Shown here in pieces: positions 14,266-24,911 of a DNA stretch of 64,000 nucleotides. The stretch covers positions 45,933 to 109,932 of the forward strand of contig RBZT01000259.1 in the NCBI GenBank assembly GCA_003693705.1, given 5' to 3'. The first letter of the stretch is position 1; the number at the start of each line of letters is the position of its first letter. A program made the position numbers and the translations under genes. The notes beneath the pieces were generated by a model that saw nothing but the letters and a program-made list of their open reading frames with translations, was not told the DNA's origin and did no database searches. This stretch comes from Polymyxa betae A26-41. Its lineage: Eukaryota > Protista > Endomyxa: Phytomyxea.

Positions 14266-16084
14266 TCAATTTGAAACCGCCCAGTCATCACAGTGGAATG
14301 CTCCAGGTCGATCGACGCGTTCAAATGTGTGTGCCCCGAAAAAATCACGCTGAGCTTGGGTCAAGTTCGCAGGCAAGCGATCACGGCGGTAGGCATCGAA
14401 ATATGAAAGAGATGCTGAAAAAGCAGGGATGGAAACACCATTCGCAATAGCAATCTATAATCAGCTATTAATGCAACATGGTTCGACCTGTTGCAGTATT
14501 ACCTGAACAACTTTACGCCAGGCGAGTTGTCGCTGGTTGAGTTCGTTGGCGAATTCGGGGTCAGTAAGCAATGAGGTCAGGTTGGGATTACGTGTGTATG
14601 CCGATGTGATACGATCTAGGAATATTGCTCTAATGATGCAACCGCCTTGGTAACAATGAATGATCGTTTGTGAACCCAGATGACGTGATACCTTTCCAGA
14701 TGCGAGCGATTTCGCCAAGATTCAAATTCCACTGTTTTGCCTTCCCTGCTGCTCGAATCAAGTTCATCCCCTGAAAAATATTGATGTTCCAAATCTACGG
14801 AAATTCGAATTCAGACCTGGGCGTAACTACAGATTTTGGACGCATATAATGCTTGTCGAACAGAATCGATAAGTTCTTGCTTGGAGACCTGTGATGTCGG
14901 CAATGCAACATCTGGGATTGACAACTGAAAACGCAGCTCGAATCGGCGTTCAATCGGATTTACATTTCAGAATTGAAGAAGCCTGGACACGCTCCTCTTT
15001 TAAGGCACTCAAATACCGAGTGTCCAGTGCAGCCGTTATCGTAGACGCAGCAACGAACCGTTCGGCTGCTTCCTGGACAGTCATTTTTCCAGTTCCTTTC
15101 ATGCCAGTTTTATCTGAAATAGTTCATGCCTTTCTGCCAGCGATTTGGAAGACAGCGAGACCCTTTACCTAGGATTTTATCGACGAGATAGGCATCGGTT
15201 AAATAATCTTTCTTTTTGAAAATCTGTGCTGTGATCTCAATCAGGAACGACTGAAGTTCTCCCTAGAAAGTATTGATCAACTTGAAATTTACGAGTTGCT
15301 GATAGCCCACCTTATTCCAACCGGAAAAAACATCAGCGAGCTCTTCGTTGGAAAGACCCCCAACGTTCTTTAATATATCATAGGCCTCTGCAATCAGCTG
15401 CATGTCTCCATACTCGATTCCATTGTGAACCATTTTGACATAGTTTCCTGAACCTCCAGAGCCAATATAAGTAACACAGGGTCCATCATTCACCTAGGAA
15501 GTTCTTGAACGCTCCAACAAGCAACAACGTTGACAAGTTACCTGTGCAGCAATTTTCTCTAATACAGGCTTGACACGCTGGTATGCTTCCAGCGGGCCAC
15601 CAGGCATAAGAGATGGGCCATATCGAGCACCATCCTCACCACCAGAGACGCCCATACCCATATAATTGATACCACGCTGGGCTAAAGCAGCAGCTCGACG
15701 TTCCGTGTTTTCATACCATTCGTTGCCGCCGTCGATAATCAGATCGCCAGCCTCTAATTCATCAGCTAACCCAGCTATGGTCTGATCTACAGCAGAGCCA
15801 GCCGAAACTAACAGGATTACAGCTCGTGGTTTTTCCAAACTAACTCAATCGATCAGAGTAAAACTAGGGCGGCATAAATTTTCTTGCCTCTGAGCGAATT
15901 CTGCTAAAGTTTTGTATCCGTTGACACCATGAACCTTCTCCTCGTTAGCTCGTTTGATGCATTCTTCAGTACGAGCATAAGTACGATTATAGACCGAAAT
16001 AGGGAACCCATGAGAAGCGATGTTCAAAGACAGATTCTGCCCCATGACACCCAAACCAATCAATCCAATATGCGAAGGTGCCAT
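14266..16084 (-). CDS. PGD: 6-phosphogluconate dehydrogenase, decarboxylating
   Basis: [83 protein letters not shown]. Confidence 0.97.
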
Positions 16085-16920
16085 GACTTGACGAGCGATC
16101 TGATCTAGACGACGACGAGTTGATTGCTGAATGATAGGAATGGTTAAGATAGCGACTTTACAATGTGTTGTTAATATGGTGTCCGTAGGACGAACCTCGT
16201 CCGATCACTCTAGAAGATGGTCACCAACACAATCATATAAACATCCAGATAATTCTCGACTGGAAACAGATCCGACGGCGTGAAAATGCAGTCCTGCCGC
16301 TTCTGAGAAAGTTTGATAGATGATCCTGAGTCTGATGCTACCGACTACTGGTTATTTTATGTTTGCAGCAAAATGCCAATGCAGTTATAGCATGAATCTC
16401 ATGAAAGCCCCGCGAAACCTCCATTAAATCAGGCGATTTTTCAATTGCGGCTTTACTGCCAATATGATCTGGTATATACCTTCATGACGTTTTTTTCATT
16501 TCAATCGATGCCCAATTAATGGAGACATAGTATTGAATGCCAGAAACCGATCCAACTTTTATGCCTTTTTTTCGGAACCGTTCCACTTCGGATATAAATC
16601 TATAAACCCTATGAAGCCCAAGACAGCAGAAACGCTCTTCTAAGAATAGCGTTTAACTGGTCCTACCCGATTTTTTTTTAGAAATAAAATGCAAGCAGAA
16701 ATTATCGATCTTGAGTATAAAATCCAGAATCCACATTAGAAACGAAACATTGCTTTTGTTTTTTTGAATAGGTTGACAGCCGACGCCTGTGTCCATTCAA
16801 AAGATTCAACACGCTTTCTTGAATGTCAGTAAACACCAGGCCGATTGTAAAATATTCCTGGGAAATTTAATGCAGAAGTTGTAGTATAGCATGATAGCGC
16901 TAATAATGGGATAGATCATT

Positions 16921-16936
16921 GACTGCGTCACGGAGT
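16921..16936. promoter_or_regulatory. Candidate promoter element GACTGCGTCACGGA upstream of RPL21
   Basis: The TCCGTGA core (either strand) recurs ~50-75 bp upstream of RPS3A (55290-55304) and MAK16 (52539-52550). Confidence 0.4.
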
Positions 16937-16989
16937 TCGGGATTAGATCGTCACCTCTGCATCTTCGTCGTCGTCGTTGATATTGCAGG

Positions 16990-17487
16990 ATGCCTCACTC
17001 TTTCGGTTACCGAGCCCGAACCCGCGATTTGTTCGCTCGTGGATTTCGCCAGCATGGTCGTTTGAACCAGACCACGTATCTGCGAAACTACAAGCTCGGC
17101 GACTACGTTGATGTTGTCGGCAATGGTTCCATCCACAAGGGTATGCCACACAAATTCTACCACGGCAAGACCGGCAAGGTCTGGAACGTGTCTCCCCGCG
17201 CCATCGGTGTCATCATCAACAAGACCGTCGGAAACCGCGTTATGGCTAAGAAGATCCACGTCCGTATCGAGCACGTTCGCCCTTCTCGTTGCCAGGAGGA
17301 CTTCAAGCAGCGTGTCAAGAAGAACCTGGAGATCAGCACGGCTAACAAGTCGCTGCCTGAAGACCAGAAGCTGCCTCGCAAGGCTAAGCGACAGCCAGCG
17401 GGTCAGACCCCAGGACACACTGTCAAGACCAAGAAGACCAAGGTCGAGCTTCTGCACGCCCAGTCTCACGTCAGTTTCTATGTCTAA
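16990..17487 (+). CDS. RPL21: 60S ribosomal protein L21 (eL21), intronless
   Basis: [42 protein letters not shown]. Confidence 0.98.
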   Translation: MPHSFGYRARTRDLFARGFRQHGRLNQTTYLRNYKLGDYVDVVGNGSIHKGMPHKFYHGKTGKVWNVSPRAIGVIINKTVGNRVMAKKIHVRIEHVRPSRCQEDFKQRVKKNLEISTANKSLPEDQKLPRKAKRQPAGQTPGHTVKTKKTKVELLHAQSHVSFYV

Positions 17488-17548
17488 ACAATTCCCATAG
17501 TAAATCTCTCTTTCAATCAATTGTTATACAATACGTTAGGACAATATT

Positions 17549-18494
17549 TTATTCGCCCACAATCTTGATGATTCCTTTGGGTGTCAGACGTAGGGCTTCC
17601 AAGGTCTGGTCGTAATCGGATTCTTGATAGGCGTAGCGACCATCGGCAGATTTCAACGAAAATCCATTTTGACCAGAAAATTTCTCTGCTCTAAGTTAAA
17701 ATCAGAACATAAGCGTATCAGAGCAAGATGTGAATAACCAACCTGGTAAATACCCAAGCAAACACGATCCACAACGTGTCAGTAAGTTTAAATTCGGCAA
17801 CCTCAGTCGAGCCGTTTGGGAATACGAACTGAATGAGAGTTTTGCTTGAAGACGGCGACGGCGCCGGAGAAGGTTGCATAACAACGGGTGTTTGGGGTAT
17901 TTTATGCAGGTTTCCTTCAAATTCAAAGAAGGCAGCCACGGTAATCTCGAGATCCCATTTAAATCTGAAATACCACTGCAGATATTAGCATACGAACAAC
18001 ATTGAAGACACTAACTTGAACCTTTGCAGAAAGGCTAACCTGACCATAACATCAGAATCGGTGCCGACAATATTATCGAATTGTCGTAGCAGCTTCTGTT
18101 GATTAGCATTTAGCTGCTCGACAGCACGTTGCTGCTGAGCAATCTTCTCTTCTTCAGCGAGCTTTTCACGTAATTCAGCTTGGCGTCTTTCATGTTCCGC
18201 TCTATCAGCTGCTTCCTTTTCCATCTGCTCCCGACATTTCCGGGAATCCTCCTGCCTGACTACCTTAGCTTCAGCCTCGCTCTTCTCCATAGCATAACGC
18301 TCCTGAATATGCTCCAGCACACGTCTTTCGCTGTTAAAATCGTAACCAATCGGAGCCGGAGTCTGCATTATCCAAGGTTCGGGAGAATTCAACGGGGCAA
18401 GGCGGTCCTGGGTCCCATCGATCTGGACACTGGAGAATATGGCATGGGCGTACTGAGCTTTCACCAGCGACACCTGGCGGCAAACGGTCGTCAT
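17549..18494 (-). CDS. UBX-domain protein with UMA-like N-terminus, coiled coil and UBA-like domain
   Basis: UBX-like TLIQFVFPNGSTEVAEFKLTDTL...DQTLEALRLTPKGII*; UBA-like QFDNIVGTD...FLQRFKWDLEITVAAFFE; N-terminal PAPIGYDFNSERRVLE. Confidence 0.75.
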
Positions 18495-18957
18495 TGCTGT
18501 CGGTGGAAAGTAGCGCAGACTGAATAGAAACTGCGATCATTTTCATTGTACGCTTCTATATTGGGCAGTAGTAAGCACTTAATTAGCAGCATGTTAGATC
18601 CTGTGGCAGCCAATTTGCACAATGTCGAACTAAGCCAAATACATATTTATTTTACAAGTTGCTGAAAGATTCCTCCAAAATTTGTGACAGAAAATCGATT
18701 ATTATTCAAAAGTTTACGTTCTTTTTCCACCTACCTGGAAAGGTTATCCTGATGTGCATTATGTTCAAATAAATCATAATCGAAGCTTTGTACTACATAT
18801 TGTTTAAACGATTGGGTATGCCGCACAGTAATCAGGAAAGCTGAAAGCAGCAAGAAGTGGAGGTTGCGCCGCAGCCTTCCCTCCCTTTAGGATTGGCCCT
18901 CCATAATCCAGCACTTAAGAATCATTTTATACTGTTTGGTTGATTGTCGAGCTTAAC

Positions 18958-21163
18958 ATGTCATCATCCAATCGCGTTGGCAACCGCCGCCTTCAACAGC
19001 TATCTTTGCACGTTTGTGCTGCTAATCAAGATCCTGATGCTCTTCGAACCAAATTGCTTTCCAAAACCACTTCCTTCGATCCGAAAGAACTCCAGCTAAT
19101 TCTTGACCATTCCCACCATGAGATGAGGGACTCTTTACGCCAATTTTTAAATCATCCCTTGTTCGTGCCTCGCTATGACATCTCTATGCGAATGGAGAGA
19201 GAAATCGCATTGGAGAGATTGCAACGGCTTTGTGAAGCCGGATACATCTCCGTTCTAGACTTTTTGAAAGACCCACGACGCATCTTTGCTTGTCACGAAC
19301 TCGCAGCAATGGTCGACGGAAGCTGTGCAACGAAGATGACTGTCCAGTTCAATCTTTTTGGCGGAACTGTTCTCAAGCTTGGCACTAAACGCCATCATGA
19401 TCGATTTTTGAAAGGGATTGATACATTGGACGCTATCGGTTGTTTCGGTCTAACTGAGCTTGGCTATGGCAACAATGCGGTTGAGATGGAAACTACCGCT
19501 GTCTACGACAAGGCAACTCAGGAATTCATCATCAACACACCTACCGCGCTGGCACAGAAATACTGGATTACTAATTCAGGTTTGTATGCTTTTATTCGTT
19601 CTATTAAGTACTGATTCGAGGTCATGCTCAGCTGTCCATGCCAAATGGTGTGCGGTGTTCGCCCAGCTTTCCATAGACGGAATCAATTATGGAGTTCATG
19701 CTTTCATTGTCCAAATTCGCAATGACGACCATTCGGTTTGTAAAGGTGTTCGGGTTGAAGATATGGGTCATAAGATGGCGCTTAATGGGGTTGATAATGG
19801 AAAATTATGGTTCGAAAACATTCGAATCCCACGTGAAAATTTATTGAATAAGTACTCCGATGTGTCGCCTGCAGGTAACTGAACAAATGATATTTCTATC
19901 AACGTTTTTTAGTCGCTCTTTAGGGCAATTTACGAGTTCAATTCCAAAGAAGCGGGATCGTTTTTTAAAGGTTGCCGATCAACTCCTGTCAGGCAGAATC
20001 TGTATTGCCTCTATGATGATGGGCGCCACAAAATTATCTTTAACTGTCGCTGTTCGATACGCTGCGACACGATTGACGGTTGGCCCAACAGGAAAATCAG
20101 ACACACCCACTCTGCACTATCAACTTCAGCAACGAGCTTTAATGCCACTTATCGCTCGAACTTATGGTTTGAACGTCGGATTGGAGTACGTTAAGGATAG
20201 ATACGCTGGTATTCTTGGAAATGCCAAGGACCACCAAGAAATCGTTTTACTTTGTTGCGCAATTAAGCCGATTGTGGCATGGCATTGTCAGGTTGCAGCG
20301 ACCACTGCCCGCGAACGGTATGGGCTTTGCTTTTACCTAATCGTTGTATCTGAATCCGCTCAAGATGCGGTGGTCAAGGATATCTCTCTATTAATCAGAT
20401 CGGACAATGCATCGCATTTTCTCATGCTGGTCGTAAATCGTGGCAAAATCTATAACTTGCTGACTAGTACAATAGGTATGACAGCTGAGGGGGACAATCG
20501 AGTACTATGGCAAAAAGTTGCCAAAGAAATTCTTGATAGAGCTAAGAAAGGAAAGCACGCTTTCGGGAAGTGCGGCGAGTTCAAATATTCTCGTCAGGAA
20601 TATTTTTGCTGTAGTTCCGGTCCATTGACTTATTACAGAGTTATTGGTCGCTCGTGAGAAGATGCTGATTTCACGTCTTGGTGCTTCCATTCAGAGCGAT
20701 CCCGACAAATTATTTGACGTCTGGATGAAAAAAGAATCTGATAACATTCAAATGCTGGCACTTGCTTATTCGGAACGGATCTGTGATGAACAGTTTCAGG
20801 TTATCATTGGCACTGAAAAGAAAAACAATCCTGCGACTGCCGCAATTCTATCGAAGCTTCGTGCCCTATTCATCCTCAACGTTATTGAATCGAACATGGG
20901 ATGGTTTATTTGCCAGAAGCTGATCACAGCAGAACAGGGCCAAAAGGTAAATGTGCCCTTAAACCATGACAGTTGCTCAAGCTTAAACTGTTCTGCAGAT
21001 CGAAAGCGAGAGCCGTGAATTGTGCGAGATTCTTGGACAAGATGCTCTTGCAGTGTGTGCTGGATTCGGTATTCCCGAACATGTAATCAGTGCACCGATA
21101 GCTCATAACTGGATTGAGTACAACGAAGTAGACAACAAGGGTGAACTGTTGCTCAAAAGTTAA
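18958..21163 (+). CDS. ACOX: Peroxisomal acyl-CoA oxidase
   Basis: [48 protein letters not shown] (spliced), TAEGDNRVL; PTS2-like RLQQLSLHV. Confidence 0.95.
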
Positions 21164-21230
21164 CCTTCATTCCTACTTCTCTAATACACCCACTGTATTA
21201 ATTGGAAGGTGTATTTAAATGCGAGCGAGC

Positions 21231-22013
21231 TTATGGACTATGAGGCTTGGGAGAGGTGGCAGAATTTTCCGGAGTCTCAGGTCGGACAGTTCCAAATAAA
21301 CCGAGCTGTGCCAGAGCAGCGGCAACTGCTCCTAACGCAGGTCCAATGATGTAGACCCAAGAGTTGGATCTCCAAACGTTCAATACCAGGGCAGTACCGA
21401 ACCAACGAGCAGGATTGATTCCGCATCCCGTGTATCCAATCAGAGCCAGATGGGCGGCCCACACCGAAATACCAATCAGAAGTGGAGCCTGAGAACGAAC
21501 TGCTACTTTCTCATTAGTCTGTGTTCCCACTGAAGTTTGTACAGCCGTTGCAAAAACAGTCATCACAAGCACGAAGGTGCCAAATGCTTCAGCAACCAGG
21601 GCTCCACCAGTATTAGTCCGAGCTGAGACCTCTAGAGCGCCTTTGAGAGAAGCAGCGACTTCGTAACTGACCAAAGTCCCGAATGCAGCGCCAGCAAGCT
21701 GGGCAATGATATAGAACAGACCAAGAATCGGAGGAATGTTTCTCGTGATAATCATGGCGAGAGTGACGGCAGGGTTTATGTGCCCACCAGACACTGAACC
21801 GGTCATGGCAATACAGACAATCAATGTCAGACCAAATGAGCTGGCAATCAGAAGTGTATCGCCTCCAGAGGCGGTCACAGCCATTGTTGCTGACCACAGG
21901 AATAACGACGTTCCAATAAACTCGGCAGCAACGGCACGGAGCTGGTCGACATCGAGGGGAACATAAAGCTCAGGTAAACTGGAGACCCGGGCGGCAGGTG
22001 ATCTGGATGACAT
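21231..22013 (-). CDS. Aquaporin (MIP family), intronless
   Basis: AEFIGT, SGGHINPAVT, GCGINPARWFG; six hydrophobic segments. Confidence 0.96.
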   Translation of the reverse strand: MSSRSPAARVSSLPELYVPLDVDQLRAVAAEFIGTSLFLWSATMAVTASGGDTLLIASSFGLTLIVCIAMTGSVSGGHINPAVTLAMIITRNIPPILGLFYIIAQLAGAAFGTLVSYEVAASLKGALEVSARTNTGGALVAEAFGTFVLVMTVFATAVQTSVGTQTNEKVAVRSQAPLLIGISVWAAHLALIGYTGCGINPARWFGTALVLNVWRSNSWVYIIGPALGAVAAALAQLGLFGTVRPETPENSATSPKPHSP

Positions 22014-22342
22014 CTCAAATTCACAAATGAACACAAAGATGGTATCGTGCCACGAGGATTAACGAAGGCACGCACCACTTTGACAGGTCCAACTCAATGA
22101 GACACGCAGAGCAACCGACCCTGGAAGGTTTCCATGCAATTACAACCTTCCTTTGATCGAGGCGCCAGAATAGGCCAATGTGCAATCGTCATCTTCGAGA
22201 GAGCCCATTCGAGTAGCTTCTAGAATGGGAATATCGTCTGTTGCGTTTAGGTCGCTGGCCAGGATAGCCAGAATCTACCAGAGGCCCTGATGGCTGCCTG
22301 TATCGAGAGAAACTACAATAATGATCAATGTTAATCATGGAC

Positions 22343-23173
22343 TCAGATACGCCAAGGGAACCTGTCATAACTGAATGTGTTCAAGTGGCTGGATACACGG
22401 CATCGAACTTCGTGAACAAACAGCGACATATTCTTAATTTCTGGCAGAAACAGTTTCAGAAATCGTACGGCAGATTGTTCAGGAACTGTTGGAATTTCAG
22501 AAATAATTCTGATAACTGCAGAAACAGTATCTGGGATAGCAGCATCTTGAATTGACGTTAATGACTGAATTTCTCTTTGTACCTAAGTAATAAAAAGACC
22601 CAGTAAAAAAATGTTTATCGAGGGGACTACAAAGATACCCATTGGTTAATATCAGAGCGTAGAAAATTCGAGCTTGGAATGTTTGAACGATAAGAAGCTG
22701 GAGGAACGACTTCGATACCTATCAGAACGATTGACGATGACAATGTGAAATATCAAAGCAATCATACCTCGATCATAGATGGATTTTCTCCACAGCATCA
22801 GTGATTGGGGAGTTAAGGATGGAGCTTTCGATCCAACTGCACAGACACTATCCCTAAAGAGAAAATTGAATCATAATCAGAGTATGAAATTCGAGTATTA
22901 CAGTGAAGCAGCAATTCGACATATTGGACAAGTTCGATTGGAACGGAGCCAAGAGCTGATACATCTCCTGCAGAATACATGTCTACAGGTAACAGTCGCC
23001 CAGCAGGGAGATTCAATAGCAGTGTTTAAGCAGATTGGGCAAGAGCTGGGGAATTCGATCGAAGTGGACGACGATGATGACGACGACGAAGAGCTGCTGG
23101 AACGTGACGAGCTCGAACCAGACCAGGACGACTTAGGTTTAGACCTGGAGCTAGAACGAGACCTTGATGGCAT
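22343..23173 (-). CDS. C3HC4 RING E3 ligase, TOPORS-like
   Basis: Ser-rich N-terminus, CPICL...CRHVFCRRCISSW..CPICR; spliced downstream exons give W/VQREIQSL...FL..FVHEV..S...YD. Confidence 0.7.
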
Positions 23174-23443
23174 AAACAATGGATATCAATCTAACTATGT
23201 ATAACAGGTCGTAATCATTATTGCTTGTTTGCATTAGGAAGACATCAGCATAACAGCTGTAAAAAATATCAGTCTGATCGAATTATGCGTGACTGGCGCA
23301 CTTAAAGTTCAAAGTGCCGAGAAGGAAATTTTGGGATAATTTGTAACTCGTGTATTTCAGTATTTTAACACTTGAGAAAAAAAACGGAAAATTGGCTCAC
23401 ATGCTGACGGTACCCGATACCGATCAAGTAATAGTTTTCATGA

Positions 23444-23862
23444 ATGGGCTGCAGTTGCTCGAGATCTGGTCCAAGTCCAGTTGCCATAGCATTTGATCAA
23501 TTACTTGCTAGTGATACGATTGTATTGTTTAGGTAATGGGACATCTATGTATGCAAAACAGAGTAGTTAAAAATGGTGCTAGAAAGAGTACCGAATTATG
23601 TAAGCAAGTCGAAGATATTCTGACAGAAGCTTCTGTGAGATTTACGTCAATAGCATTAGACAATAGAGCAGATGGTGATGCTCTATTATATGCTATCCGG
23701 AATCGATTTCAAACGAATGATGACGTTCCATTCCTGTTTATTGATCTGCTTTTCAATGGTGGTCATAAGCAGTTGTTGAAAATGGTCAAGAATGGTGATC
23801 TGGCCCGTATAGCTGAACGCATTAAGGCGCAACACGAGATAGCAGCAGGCCGCAATCAATAA
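23444..23862 (+). CDS. Glutaredoxin-like protein with N-terminal acylation motif
   Basis: MGCSCSRS start; one intron joins IVLFR/KSTELCKQV; VPFLFID..FNGG Grx motifs; no CxxC. Confidence 0.7.
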
Positions 23863-24069
23863 AACGACTACAGCTGCCCAGGTCAATCATTCTAATAAAG
23901 AGTGTTGCGTTGGACGGATTGCGAAGTCGTTGTGATAAATATGACCCGAATACTGTGATTACTGGTGATGATTTTACGGCTTAAATTACCGTGACGAAAG
24001 GGATTGCCTCCCCGTTCCGAACGACACCTGAATCAATCGCTTTAAGCTGGGACCGATTTCTACAACGCC

Positions 24070-24696
24070 ATGGTATGCTCCCTCAAGCGCTTGATTAGTT
24101 CGGTCAGGACCCTACTAAGGAACACCCCAGATCTGCATGCACTAGTTCCTGAAACTATAGATAAGCTTATATCTCTCATGGAAGAAGTTAGCTTCTCTGT
24201 AAGCTCATTACCAGGTCTAGGAATGCATTTCCCTCCATCACCAACCATTATATTCTATATGGATCTACATCATTGTTCACTATGTGATGTGGGATTATTT
24301 CTATTACCTGCTGGGAGTTCCATTCCACCACATAATCATCCAGACATGACCGTCTTTCAAAAGATAATTTCTGGTCGAGTTCTGGTCCGATCACTAGATT
24401 GGGATCAACCAGGTCCCAATTTTACATCTGATGGCAAAATGCATGGCAGATATCGGGCTCATCCTGATGTTGTCGTTGATGCATCTACACCTGTAACTTA
24501 TTTATCTCCAAATAACAAGAACATCCATTCGGTGACGGCACAGGAGCCATCTGTCATCTTGGATATGCTTATACCACCTTATGACGAAGATCATCCTTGT
24601 TTCTATTTCGAAGAAGACAGATCCGAGCTCATCCAGATAGACGAACCCAGAGAGCCTAAGGTTATCCCAATTCGAATTGATCTAAACAAATACTAA
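24070..24696 (+). CDS. ADO: Cysteamine dioxygenase / plant cysteine oxidase (ADO/PCO) family, intronless
   Basis: IPPHNHPDMTVFQKIISG..VRSLDW, NIHS, ILDMLIPPYD. Confidence 0.92.
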   Translation: MVCSLKRLISSVRTLLRNTPDLHALVPETIDKLISLMEEVSFSVSSLPGLGMHFPPSPTIIFYMDLHHCSLCDVGLFLLPAGSSIPPHNHPDMTVFQKIISGRVLVRSLDWDQPGPNFTSDGKMHGRYRAHPDVVVDASTPVTYLSPNNKNIHSVTAQEPSVILDMLIPPYDEDHPCFYFEEDRSELIQIDEPREPKVIPIRIDLNKY

Positions 24697-24911
24697 TGAG
24701 CATCGTCTACATGTGCAATATTCGAGCATATCCTATGTGATTGTAGGAAGCTGTATTCAATTGTACGATAGCCTAAATAAATACATCTAAGAAATGCCGA
24801 TGAATAGTCACATTGATTACATGGCGCAGTAATGACGGGGTCATGGGGTCATCTCTGCTTCTCTATCATATCTCTCTAATTTATATACCATAGAAACAGG
24901 GGATAGACGTC

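Noticed and set aside
16185-16345. Hairpin GGACGAACCTCGTCC and C/D-like words in the 6PGD-RPL21 spacer
   Set aside because: No complete snoRNA, tRNA or ribozyme motif set
16943-17520. Antisense and alternative-frame ORFs over RPL21 (up to 189 aa)
   Set aside because: By-product of the strong codon bias of RPL21
22779-23204. 141-aa acidic ORF on the + strand
   Set aside because: Antisense shadow of the Ser-rich RING gene
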